Shown here: positions 20,619 to 29,746 of the stretch, in pieces
Layout: every line of letters starts with the position of its first letter
How positions within the stretch are numbered: position 1 is the first letter of the stretch
Virus record (IMG/VR): IMGVR_UViG_3300042991_000159
Span: 35,796-99,795 of that record
Origin: a virus
Strand: one strand, 5' to 3'
Length of the DNA: 64,000 nucleotides
The notes under the pieces: generated by a model
What the model was told of the DNA's origin: nothing
What the model saw: the letters and a program-made list of their open reading frames with translations, nothing else
Databases searched by the model: none
Program-made: the position numbers and the translations under genes

Positions 20619-21260
20619 TTAGTTGCAATAGGCTGTTCCAGAAAATGTTGCATTTCCAAATACAGCTTGTGCATTATTGTTATCTATATGTATAATCTGT
20701 GGGATCATTTCATTCCCACTCATATCTTCAATGTGAATAGCCGGTCTCTTTCCAAGGTTATGTGCTATGTTCCAAACTTGTGCTGCCATCCCCTGATTAT
20801 GAATATAGTGTAAATCAAAACCAGTACCGGTTGGTGCAACGTGTTGATAAGAGTTAGTAGCTTGAACGTAAACAATAATATTTCCGTCTGTTCTACCAGC
20901 TATATCAACGTCTTCTAAATCTTCAAGTCTCTTAACTCCTACTTCTATATTACCATCTCTTAAAAAGTCAGGTATTCGTATTGATTCAAGCAATACTACA
21001 CCGTCCGGTGGAACAAAGTTAGGAATTGTTATTACATCCCCTCTGGGAGTAATAGTATCCATACCAATAAGTTCGACAGTCGGAAGCGTTTTAGGAAGCT
21101 GAATAGTTGCTCCTACAGGAACTACCGACTCTGAAACGAGAGGTTGTGGCGGTGGAACTACGTCCGGAAGCGTAATGGGCGTAAGATCATTACCGACAGG
21201 AACACTCTGCGGTTGAACAAGTTCAACAACTGAACTATTATTTGTTACGTCATATCCCAT
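20619..21260 (-). CDS. Fibre-associated structural protein (Pro/Val-rich N-terminus)
   Basis: LEDLEDVDI repeat-type motif and a C-terminal WNIAHNLGKRP domain. Confidence 0.65.
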   Translation of the reverse strand: MGYDVTNNSSVVELVQPQSVPVGNDLTPITLPDVVPPPQPLVSESVVPVGATIQLPKTLPTVELIGMDTITPRGDVITIPNFVPPDGVVLLESIRIPDFLRDGNIEVGVKRLEDLEDVDIAGRTDGNIIVYVQATNSYQHVAPTGTGFDLHYIHNQGMAAQVWNIAHNLGKRPAIHIEDMSGNEMIPQIIHIDNNNAQAVFGNATFSGTAYCN

Positions 21261-22597
21261 TATATTGCAAGTATTAACGCTTGTGCATCACCGACATCTC
21301 GTTTAGTATCTTGTAATATCTTACCTGCACTATTAGCAGTAGTATGAGTTGTTAAATCTTCATCCCATACAGCATCAGCAACTTCTCCTGCTGTTGGTGC
21401 TCCACCTATTGCAGCATCTCCCAATGCTTCCCCGGTACTTCCAACATCTTGATGTAATATTAATGGTTCATCCCAAACAGCAGTACTGATTGTTTCCTTA
21501 CTGATTAAATTATTAGTAATTGTAACACCACCGTTCCAAATACCGGTTTCTATATAGTTATTAGATTCATCTACTAATCTTCCAATACCACTAACTGTAA
21601 TATTACCAGAAGTTACAGTTGCAGAATCAAGTATAACTGTACCTGAAATAAGTCCAATTCCCGCTTTAGATGCTCCGGTCAGGTTCTCTATCCAGATAGC
21701 TCCTGCATAATTAGGCATTACAAGGTCTTGACCGCTACCTCCCATATTAATTACAGGGATAAAAGAAATATCTAACCTCGAACAATTTACAATATAAGCA
21801 TCTTCCCCACCTCCTAGAGTAATAGTTCCATATAAAGATGAATTATGAATATGCCCATTAAAAAAAGTAATATCTCCAACAACACAATCATCAATAGAGT
21901 TTCCACCATCAAGCGTTCCAAATATAGAAGCATTCATAAAAGTCACTCCTATCACATCAGCATCCTCAGCAATTTCCAATTCGGTAAGAACGTGACTCTG
22001 CCCAACTATCGTAAACTCAGATAAATCAGAACCTCCATCGAGTTCCATGCTTTCATTAATATACAATTTTTTGAATCCACGATATTCAGCAATAAGTAAA
22101 GCATCTACTAAGTTATTTACAGGAAGTTGTTCAGTACCTCTAGGAAATATTGTTCCTGTTACTCCCCTAATCGTATCAACAAGTACCCCTCCGTTAAACG
22201 AAGCAAACTCAATAGCGGGAGAAGAAATCAAACCAGCAGAGTTTTGAGAACGAACAGATACTTGGTTTACGTTTACTCTGTCTGATACGTTACTATTAGC
22301 ACCAATAAGATTTACAGCATATTGCCCGTCTTCAAATGTAATAGTATATGGTGCAAGTATCTCTATTACTCTAGCAAACGTTAAACCCCCAAGAGAAACT
22401 TCAGTATTATGAGTATGTGTTTTAAGAAAAGTTATACCTCCTTCAAGTCCATTCCCTTCATCTTCCCACGATTTTAATTCTAATCTAAACCAATTAAGGT
22501 CCATATTATAAATCTCAGTAGGAAGTAATTGAACTAGAGTCAAATCCGCTTTTGGGACATTGATTACAAACGTTAAAGGATTTACTGAAATTGCCAT
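21260..22597 (-). CDS. Structural protein with beta-helix-like core and AVWDE repeats
   Basis: 445 aa; two C-terminal AVWDE-x-L-x-x-H repeats; translationally coupled to both neighbours. Confidence 0.65.
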   Translation of the reverse strand: MAISVNPLTFVINVPKADLTLVQLLPTEIYNMDLNWFRLELKSWEDEGNGLEGGITFLKTHTHNTEVSLGGLTFARVIEILAPYTITFEDGQYAVNLIGANSNVSDRVNVNQVSVRSQNSAGLISSPAIEFASFNGGVLVDTIRGVTGTIFPRGTEQLPVNNLVDALLIAEYRGFKKLYINESMELDGGSDLSEFTIVGQSHVLTELEIAEDADVIGVTFMNASIFGTLDGGNSIDDCVVGDITFFNGHIHNSSLYGTITLGGGEDAYIVNCSRLDISFIPVINMGGSGQDLVMPNYAGAIWIENLTGASKAGIGLISGTVILDSATVTSGNITVSGIGRLVDESNNYIETGIWNGGVTITNNLISKETISTAVWDEPLILHQDVGSTGEALGDAAIGGAPTAGEVADAVWDEDLTTHTTANSAGKILQDTKRDVGDAQALILAI

Positions 22598-22839
22598 TAT
22601 GTGCCTTCATTATACAATTTTTGTTGTAAGCTTGCTATTTGTTTCTTCATTCGGTCAATGTCTATATCTCGTTGAAGAATACCCTGTTCCAAATTTACCA
22701 CTTTTTCTTCCAAAGTTCTAAACAATTTACGTGTTTCTTTTGTATAATTTAAAATAGAAAGAACATTTCGTGTAGTAACTTCTTCAAATGCCTTTTTAAG
22801 TTCTCTCTCTCCTGATTGAAATATTTCTTTTTCACACAT
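22597..22839 (-). CDS. Small coiled-coil protein
   Basis: 80 aa heptad pattern; coupled to neighbours. Confidence 0.6.
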   Translation of the reverse strand: MCEKEIFQSGERELKKAFEEVTTRNVLSILNYTKETRKLFRTLEEKVVNLEQGILQRDIDIDRMKKQIASLQQKLYNEGT

Positions 22840-24616
22840 CTGGTATCATTAAAATATTTGAAGTTAATCCTACTGTATTACTAACAGTATCAGAAATTGG
22901 TTGTTGTTTATATAAAGTTCCAGTAGTTGCTCTTCTTACTCGACCTAAAACCGGTTGACTTCCTGACGGATAGGTTCTACTGTCAGATACTTGTCCGTTA
23001 CTATCTGTAATTGTATTGATAATAGCAAATGTAGAAGTTATAGTTCCTGTTGCAGGAGTTGTAGTTGACGCCACCATCGTATAGGTATAAGTATCTACAC
23101 CAGTTACTGTTATTTGATATGCTCCATTATATGCTTCTTCTACTGCACCTAAAATAATAACATTATCGTTAGTAGAAAGTCCGTGACCAGTATGAGTTAC
23201 TGTCGCAGTTGTTCCAGAACTTGTTATTGAAACAGAATCTTGATATGGAAAATTAGTTCCGTTAGCAACCCAAAGAAGAATCCTAGCTCCTACAATAACG
23301 CTATTAGTTTCAATATCTTTAACTGTAAGTAATACTGTTACAGGGTCTTGTACAAGTACAACTGTTGCTCCTGCTGATTTATAAGTCATATTTCCGCTAC
23401 ATCCTACAAGATTGATAGTTACAGTTCCAGATGTTCTAGACACAAGAAACGTAGAATCTGTTTGTCCGTTAGAAGCATTATAACCAGAGAAATCTATTCC
23501 TCTTAATGTCATCGTAGTAGGAGAAGATGTTCCAAATTCGATAGCATGAGTTGCGGCTGTCCCTTTAGTAAAACTCATGTTATCCATCTCTCCATCAGGA
23601 TCAACTGCTGCATTATAAAAAAGAGCAGCAGTATCTGCTGTTCCTTCATATCCTGCAATGGTACAACCCCTCATGTCTGAACCACCGTGAATTATTTGTT
23701 GACAATTATTGAAAGTATTCCCTGTAATAGTTTGTCCAGATGTAAAAGAAGATAGTCCTGCTCGTATGAAAACGGTATCTGTAATAGAAACTGAACCGGG
23801 ACTATTCGTAACCATATCAATATCTGGTCTATTAGCATTTCCTGTTCCGGATGCTTTTATTGTTGAATTATTGATTACAAGATTACAACCAGAACCATTA
23901 CCATTAATAGCATAAAGACCATCTGCAACAGACTTATCGGTAAAAACAAGTACGTCTCCATCCATTTCAAAATAAGTAGTTGTTGTTCCATTACCTACTT
24001 GAAATTTCCCAGAAGAGAAATAAACACCTTCGATTTCTTCAATGATACCGTAGCCGAACAAGGTTGTTGTTCCTTTATCAGCAACAGAAACATCCATTAG
24101 TGTAACCTTGTCTCCACTTGTTCCACCGGTTATATAATATCCATCTGTATAACGGATAAAATCAACCCATGTATTAATGGCGTTCTTAGCGTTAGTTGTA
24201 TGATTTGATCTTATTCCCCATCTTCTCGCATTAGCAAGAGTTATACCAGTAAATAAAGAACAATCAATTACTACATTAAACCAACCACCCGGATATGTAT
24301 CAGAACCAAATATTGTATAATAATCACTATTTGTACCATCATACATATATGCCTCATATCCCCCATTGACTTCAGTTTTCATATAAGGAGTGTTAATTGT
24401 ATTAACCCACATCCTTATATGTTTTCCTACTGCTGAACGTGTAGTAGTATCATCATAATATGCAAGTGTTAAGTCAGTACGAACTATACCAGACATAGAG
24501 TTAGTTCCTTCTTTCTTTATGTCAGGATCAGCTGTAGTTACACCAACCCAACTTGTATTAGCATCTGCATCATCTATTTCAACATGATTCAATAAACCTA
24601 TTGTGGGTGCTGCCAT
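22832..24616 (-). CDS. Structural / spike-like protein (594 aa)
   Basis: T/G/S-rich beta content; ATVTHTGHGLSTNDNVII...YNGAYQITV beta-barrel insertion typical of phage tail proteins. Confidence 0.65.
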   Translation of the reverse strand: MAAPTIGLLNHVEIDDADANTSWVGVTTADPDIKKEGTNSMSGIVRTDLTLAYYDDTTTRSAVGKHIRMWVNTINTPYMKTEVNGGYEAYMYDGTNSDYYTIFGSDTYPGGWFNVVIDCSLFTGITLANARRWGIRSNHTTNAKNAINTWVDFIRYTDGYYITGGTSGDKVTLMDVSVADKGTTTLFGYGIIEEIEGVYFSSGKFQVGNGTTTTYFEMDGDVLVFTDKSVADGLYAINGNGSGCNLVINNSTIKASGTGNANRPDIDMVTNSPGSVSITDTVFIRAGLSSFTSGQTITGNTFNNCQQIIHGGSDMRGCTIAGYEGTADTAALFYNAAVDPDGEMDNMSFTKGTAATHAIEFGTSSPTTMTLRGIDFSGYNASNGQTDSTFLVSRTSGTVTINLVGCSGNMTYKSAGATVVLVQDPVTVLLTVKDIETNSVIVGARILLWVANGTNFPYQDSVSITSSGTTATVTHTGHGLSTNDNVIILGAVEEAYNGAYQITVTGVDTYTYTMVASTTTPATGTITSTFAIINTITDSNGQVSDSRTYPSGSQPVLGRVRRATTGTLYKQQPISDTVSNTVGLTSNILMIPDV

Positions 24617-24924
24617 AATTCGTCAACTATTTTTTGTAACTGTCTTCCTTTTTGTTGTGTTAAACAATAAAACAACTTACACATATTTGGTCTTTTATCA
24701 TAAACACCACATCTGGTAAAACCGTTATTTAATTTTATTAAATATATGCAAACATCATCTTCATTTACAGGTATTGTAAAACCATATTCTGTTTTTTCCG
24801 TTTTAATACCATCAGGAATAATTTCATCTTCTGCATAGGAAACACCACCAAAATCTTTCTCCATCCTATATCCACAACAATGACCACACATTATACAATC
24901 TACTTTCCCGACAAGTTCTCTCAT
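24598..24924 (-). CDS. YkgJ family cysteine-cluster (CxxCxxCC) protein
   Basis: CIMCGHCC...CIYL...CGVYDKRPNMCKLFYC matches the 8-Cys YkgJ/PF03692 pattern. Confidence 0.85.
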   Translation of the reverse strand: MRELVGKVDCIMCGHCCGYRMEKDFGGVSYAEDEIIPDGIKTEKTEYGFTIPVNEDDVCIYLIKLNNGFTRCGVYDKRPNMCKLFYCLTQQKGRQLQKIVDELWQHPQ

Positions 24925-26699
24925 TATTCATCTGTTGTACGAATTACTGCGATACTCTGGTTAGCCGATCCAAATGTCCATCCAGAGATAAACTGCTTAA
25001 TAGGAGTAGCTTTACCATCACGAACAAGAACTACCAAGTTTCTATCAGAAACATAAGTTCCTTGATACGAATGAGAGGTTGCAGTAGCTTCGAGATCAAG
25101 ATAAGTTATATAAACATTGTTACCTATACTTGCATTTACTGATAGGAAATCTTCATTTCCATCTGTTGTGTCAATAGTAAACACACTACCTGTCCAAGAG
25201 GAATAATGTAATTTTCTTTCAAATCCGTTATTATCAGTAACTCTGATATATCCGGTACTTGGGGTATCTGTTGGAATACTAGCCCCTTCAATTCTACCTG
25301 CCTGAATAGTAACAGATGTTACATTATCTGTAGTTAAAGCAACACCAACTTCAAATTGATTTTTGTCGATTGCTGGATCACCATTAGTATCTGTACCAAA
25401 TGCAGGAGCTACAAGTATGTAGTCTTCACCTATAACAACACCGGTTACAGAGTTTGTAACAAGGTTTGGTGGACTCCATTGAGCATTAGAAAGGTCAAAT
25501 ACCTTATCACCTGAGTTAATATCACTAGGTTGAATACCCACACCATAAGCACCAATAATTTGTGTACCAGTTGATACTCCAATAAAAGGTTTAGATATAA
25601 GAGCAGAACGATCTGTTATAGTACCTGCTGTTGCAGATGCTGCATCAGGAGTTGTTTGAGATAAAGAAGCAGTCGAAACAGGAGCTACTCCTGTAAGTAA
25701 TTGAATCCAAAGTTTATTTGAACCATTATCAGCAAGAATCTGTCCTGTACCAACCGAAGCACCTGACCATGATATTCCATATCCTTCGTCAAATGTTCCT
25801 GTAAGAGATGTATAAGCAACCTCATGAGTTATACCTCTAAACAACTCTCCATTAAGTCCATAAAACGTTGAAGCAGAACCATCCCTCGTTAACCATTTCA
25901 TTCTCTCATAGAAGTTATTAATAGTATTAGTAGGATAGTTAGTATTCCATTCAGAATAGAAATACTCAACTGTTGCATCATCGTTAATATCAAGACCCAC
26001 GTAACCCTCAGTTACGAGTGTAATACCTGTCCAACCTGCTACAGTTCCTATAGCAGTCTGGTTATTAAGGTCAGTACCATCAGCAAGTGCAAGTACATTA
26101 TTACCACGAGCAGAACCGTTAATTTTAAATTCCTGATATGTGTACCCGAATCTACGTGCAGTACCAATAACCCTACGACCATCAATATCTCCACCATCAG
26201 CCACGAAGTCATGTACCTTCAGCATAAACCTGTGTGATATACCGGCATCATCATCATAGTTTAGACCACCGTCACCATAAACCTTATCTCTGGTATTCCA
26301 CCAATCATCAGTAAGAACTGCTCCATCCTGAATAAGTTGTATCTGAACATCAGAGTTCCCAAAGTTTACAACACCGTCCCATATAATCTGATCGACACCA
26401 ACAGTTCCTTGTATAATAGAACCATCATATAAGTGTTCAGGTGCAGCAGCGTTAAGTGTATAACCATTAATAAGCGTGATAATGTTATCGGTTGATCTTC
26501 TTGATGGGTCAACATTGGTGATATCAAGTTCATCACCGCTTGCAGGTATAGCTACAGCATCATCTGCGAGTTGCTGTAACCATCTGTGAAATTGAATTAC
26601 TGTTGCATATGACGGAGCAGTACCTGTATGGTCATCTCCTATATAGGCGATTACTTTCGTATCTCTGTCAATCGTCCAGTCTGTTGCTACTATTGCCAT
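24924..26699 (-). CDS. Structural protein (591 aa)
   Basis: Acidic and T/G/D-rich; first large gene of the fibre cassette. Confidence 0.65.
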   Translation of the reverse strand: MAIVATDWTIDRDTKVIAYIGDDHTGTAPSYATVIQFHRWLQQLADDAVAIPASGDELDITNVDPSRRSTDNIITLINGYTLNAAAPEHLYDGSIIQGTVGVDQIIWDGVVNFGNSDVQIQLIQDGAVLTDDWWNTRDKVYGDGGLNYDDDAGISHRFMLKVHDFVADGGDIDGRRVIGTARRFGYTYQEFKINGSARGNNVLALADGTDLNNQTAIGTVAGWTGITLVTEGYVGLDINDDATVEYFYSEWNTNYPTNTINNFYERMKWLTRDGSASTFYGLNGELFRGITHEVAYTSLTGTFDEGYGISWSGASVGTGQILADNGSNKLWIQLLTGVAPVSTASLSQTTPDAASATAGTITDRSALISKPFIGVSTGTQIIGAYGVGIQPSDINSGDKVFDLSNAQWSPPNLVTNSVTGVVIGEDYILVAPAFGTDTNGDPAIDKNQFEVGVALTTDNVTSVTIQAGRIEGASIPTDTPSTGYIRVTDNNGFERKLHYSSWTGSVFTIDTTDGNEDFLSVNASIGNNVYITYLDLEATATSHSYQGTYVSDRNLVVLVRDGKATPIKQFISGWTFGSANQSIAVIRTTDE

Positions 26700-26722
26700 G
26701 ATTGTTTATGTTTGTTTGGTTT

Positions 26723-27091
26723 TTATAATACGGTTACATCAATGGATGTGATAACACCGTCTGTTCTTATGATTTCTTTTAAATATATTCCGTCATTTAT
26801 TTCTATTATCAGTCCATCCACATCCCTTATTATATCAATTACTTTAGTTTCCTTGATTACCTGACTAATAAGACCGTCAGTTCTAATAATAGTTGTATCT
26901 TCAGGAACTAAACCCCCTTCAATTGTATAATAATTATTGTTATTAATAATAGGAGTCTTCTGTTCAAAACGATCCACACCTTCCATAAGAACTATTGGAT
27001 CAATAGGAAGGTTCTCAGGTATTGGAACTAAACGAGTAAAACCACTCTCAACGGGTGATTGACCTGCACTACCAAGTAATATTGCTCCCAT
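26723..27091 (-). CDS. Small structural protein with IIRxDG beta-hairpin repeats
   Basis: IIRTDGLISQV / IIRDVDGLIIEI / IIRTDGVITSI repeated three times. Confidence 0.6.
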   Translation of the reverse strand: MGAILLGSAGQSPVESGFTRLVPIPENLPIDPIVLMEGVDRFEQKTPIINNNNYYTIEGGLVPEDTTIIRTDGLISQVIKETKVIDIIRDVDGLIIEINDGIYLKEIIRTDGVITSIDVTVL

Positions 27092-27833
27092 TTAAAATAA
27101 TATTGTTGAGTACAACAAGCATATTTAACAATTCCTCTGTCTTAGCTACGTATGCTGAGTTTTCTATCGAAGATAAATATGCTCCGCAAAGGTCTGCCTC
27201 CTGAATACCCTTCGTAGGACACCCATCTGTACACATATAAAGGACATTGATGCTTCTCAGTTTCTCGTAGGTCGCCACTTTAACCACACCATATACAAGA
27301 ATTGTAACAGTGAGGGTATCGGTTTTAGTATTTACAACACCGTCTCCCATATAAGAAAACTTATATACGAGTTCATAAAGACCGTCTTCAAGCACACTAC
27401 CTATAGCATCTCCTAACATAGCTGCTGTAATTGTGTACACTAAATCGTCCTGACTTGCAAAAGGTCCAAATTCAGACAAAAGATCAACTTGATCTTTCGC
27501 AACTGCAATCGAATCAACCCCTGTTATTGTAGTGTCAAGAGTTGCAGCAGTAATTTCAGCAAATGTAGGAGTAACAGGAAGTAAAGAATCACCTGTTCCA
27601 AGAGTAGATGTTCCACTTCCTACAAACCTAGTACCTACTACATTATCGGGAGCACCATAAAGAGTGAAATTCAGAACAGCTTGTGATACAATTTCGTAAA
27701 AATCTCCTGCAACCATACTATCACCGTCTATTAAAGCAGTGTCACTATCGTTCCAATCGACTGTAGTATCTGTCAAAACGATAGCTTTATTATCGTTTTG
27801 TTCTTGATATGATAGACTTAAAGTTAAATCCAT
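27069..27833 (-). CDS. Putative tail hub-like protein
   Basis: 254 aa; IVLTDTT...EDGLYELVY...Cys-containing helical C-terminus; carries an inserted AGDFYEI...FTLYGAPDNVVGTRF module. Confidence 0.5.
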   Translation of the reverse strand: MDLTLSLSYQEQNDNKAIVLTDTTVDWNDSDTALIDGDSMVAGDFYEIVSQAVLNFTLYGAPDNVVGTRFVGSGTSTLGTGDSLLPVTPTFAEITAATLDTTITGVDSIAVAKDQVDLLSEFGPFASQDDLVYTITAAMLGDAIGSVLEDGLYELVYKFSYMGDGVVNTKTDTLTVTILVYGVVKVATYEKLRSINVLYMCTDGCPTKGIQEADLCGAYLSSIENSAYVAKTEELLNMLVVLNNIILNGSNITW

Positions 27834-27837
27834 TGTA

Positions 27838-28488
27838 TTATCTTTTAAAAAGTGTAGATAAGTTTATTCCTATTTTCACACCATATACGTTTTGTTCTCC
27901 ATACTTACGATATTGAAATCCATAAATATGATTTTCTTTAACAAAATCATAATCTACTCCAAAGTTAAACATTTTATCATTACCACCCACAACTAATGAC
28001 AAATAATGTCCGTTGTAATATTTGGGAACCTCAACTTCAATTGTAGTTAGTATTGGATATGGTATCTTCTTTTCAATTATCGTTTCAATTTCATGAATTA
28101 TTGGAGTATATTCCCAATATATAGGAGTTGTTAATTTTCCTGTAGATGTAAAAGCAATTTCAACATCAATCTCATTTTCAACCTTTAGACTATCTTCATA
28201 GTAAGTAAGTTTACCTTCTTCCTCTGAATAAGGGGTAGTAACTGCACTTACAGGGTCTTTAATATATACTGTATCAAGTATATATATTGTATCAGGAGGG
28301 AGATTAGCAATAACTTGGAGAGAATCAGAGAGTTCTATATAAGCGTTAAGGGAATCTAAAGTAGATTGAGGAACAAGAACCATTCCATCAGGTACTCGAT
28401 TCCTTAGATAATCAACTATCATGTTTGTTATAATACATATTAAGATCAGGACAAACGCTACTAGTAACCATTTACTTGTTTTTTTCAT
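27838..28488 (-). CDS. Spanin-like lysis protein (N-terminal TM, C-terminal amphipathic beta strands)
   Basis: TM WLLVAFVLILICII; PDTIYILDTVYI motif; last gene of the lysis cassette. Confidence 0.55.
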   Translation of the reverse strand: MKKTSKWLLVAFVLILICIITNMIVDYLRNRVPDGMVLVPQSTLDSLNAYIELSDSLQVIANLPPDTIYILDTVYIKDPVSAVTTPYSEEEGKLTYYEDSLKVENEIDVEIAFTSTGKLTTPIYWEYTPIIHEIETIIEKKIPYPILTTIEVEVPKYYNGHYLSLVVGGNDKMFNFGVDYDFVKENHIYGFQYRKYGEQNVYGVKIGINLSTLFKR

Positions 28489-28705
28489 TTACTTCAATCT
28501 CCTTTTGTTTCGTTTTGTTCCATCCGGAACCAGTTAAAAGAGCAGCAAGACCAGCAATAAATATACCCATTTCTGACCATTGTGGTTCTATACCGGCAAC
28601 TGCTTTTATTACTATATGAACACTAATAGCTAAAAGAACTATACATATCGAAATTGATATAACAGTTAAACTAAATCTCATAGCTGAATTTTTAACTACG
28701 CTCAT
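28472..28705 (-). CDS. Putative holin (2 TM)
   Basis: 77 aa with two hydrophobic helices and a basic C-tail; overlaps the endolysin gene. Confidence 0.65.
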   Translation of the reverse strand: MSVVKNSAMRFSLTVISISICIVLLAISVHIVIKAVAGIEPQWSEMGIFIAGLAALLTGSGWNKTKQKEIEVNEKNK

Positions 28706-29190
28706 GGCTTATATATTTCAACGTGTGGACGATCATAAAGTTTATTATCAGCAAGGTCTCCATCTTTATCCCAATTTCCTCCCCATCTGATTTTGTGAGT
28801 AATCTTTCCTTGTAAGTATAAAAACTCAGCAGCCATAACGAAACTTGCTGCAATATAAGTAAGATGTGGAACATCCCACTCTAATTGAGGTTTATCCTTA
28901 ACATATGCTTTAAAGTCGAGAGCATGGGACGGATTATAATTATGATTACTCAATTTGTGATATCCGTCTGCATTAGTAATTACGGCTTTTTGATTTACTA
29001 CAACCCATCTACCGTTTTTAAACTCTCTTCCTTTCTTATAATATTCGAATTGCTTCTCAGGTTTTCTATGACCTTCGTATAGAGTTAAATCTACAACACA
29101 ATACTTTAACACCCAATCTACAACTAATTGCAGATCAGGATGTAAAGTATCATAAACTTTTTTAGAAGTTGTTCCTAATGAGTTTCCCAT
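28702..29190 (-). CDS. Endolysin, peptidase M15 (L-Ala-D-Glu endopeptidase-like)
   Basis: LHPDL...EGHRKPEKQ...SNHNYNPSHALD...IRWGGNW...DRPHVE: Zn ligands H, D, H. Confidence 0.9.
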   Translation of the reverse strand: MGNSLGTTSKKVYDTLHPDLQLVVDWVLKYCVVDLTLYEGHRKPEKQFEYYKKGREFKNGRWVVVNQKAVITNADGYHKLSNHNYNPSHALDFKAYVKDKPQLEWDVPHLTYIAASFVMAAEFLYLQGKITHKIRWGGNWDKDGDLADNKLYDRPHVEIYKP

Positions 29191-29191
29191 A

Positions 29192-29662
29192 TTAAAATAA
29201 TTTTACAAAGAATCCAAAAATATCAACAACTCCTTCTCCTATAACATCTCTGATTTCTTTAATACTAAAAAGATAAAGAGAGACAACTAGGATAACAGTT
29301 ATTTTAGGATATTTATGCATGAATCTAACAACCTTAGTATTCTTTTCCAGTTCACCAACTTTATTCGTTAGTTCTTCTGATTCAGTTTTATATATTATTC
29401 GAGATGTTTCGAGACTAGTAACTCTCCCGTTTGTTTGTTTTACTTGAGCCAAAATTTCTCTGGTGCTAGTTCGTATTTCATCAGTACTTTCTTTCAAATG
29501 ATTAAATTGAATTTCATTTTTCTGTTCAACTGTATCCATTCTTTGATGTAGAGTGTCTCCTAATGCCATTACCTGTCCCTTTACACCTTGAAGTTTTTGT
29601 TCTAATATTTCCTGTTCGAGTGATTGCTTTTCGTTTTGCAATTTACTAATTTCTACTGACAT
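29192..29662 (-). CDS. Coiled-coil membrane protein (holin/antiholin-like)
   Basis: QVKQTNGRVTSLE motif and a C-terminal TM helix; first gene of the lysis cassette. Confidence 0.6.
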   Translation of the reverse strand: MSVEISKLQNEKQSLEQEILEQKLQGVKGQVMALGDTLHQRMDTVEQKNEIQFNHLKESTDEIRTSTREILAQVKQTNGRVTSLETSRIIYKTESEELTNKVGELEKNTKVVRFMHKYPKITVILVVSLYLFSIKEIRDVIGEGVVDIFGFFVKLF

Positions 29663-29687
29663 TTTATGAGAGTTTTAAGGAAGATGT

Positions 29688-29723
29688 AAAAAAAGGGAAC
29701 ACAGATATTATCCATGTTCCCTG
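29688..29723 (-). terminator. Intrinsic terminator after the auxiliary capsid gene
   Basis: Minus strand AGGGAACATGGATAATATCTGTGTTCCC followed by T7. Confidence 0.85.
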
Positions 29724-29746
29724 TAATTTATATTACTCACTAACTG

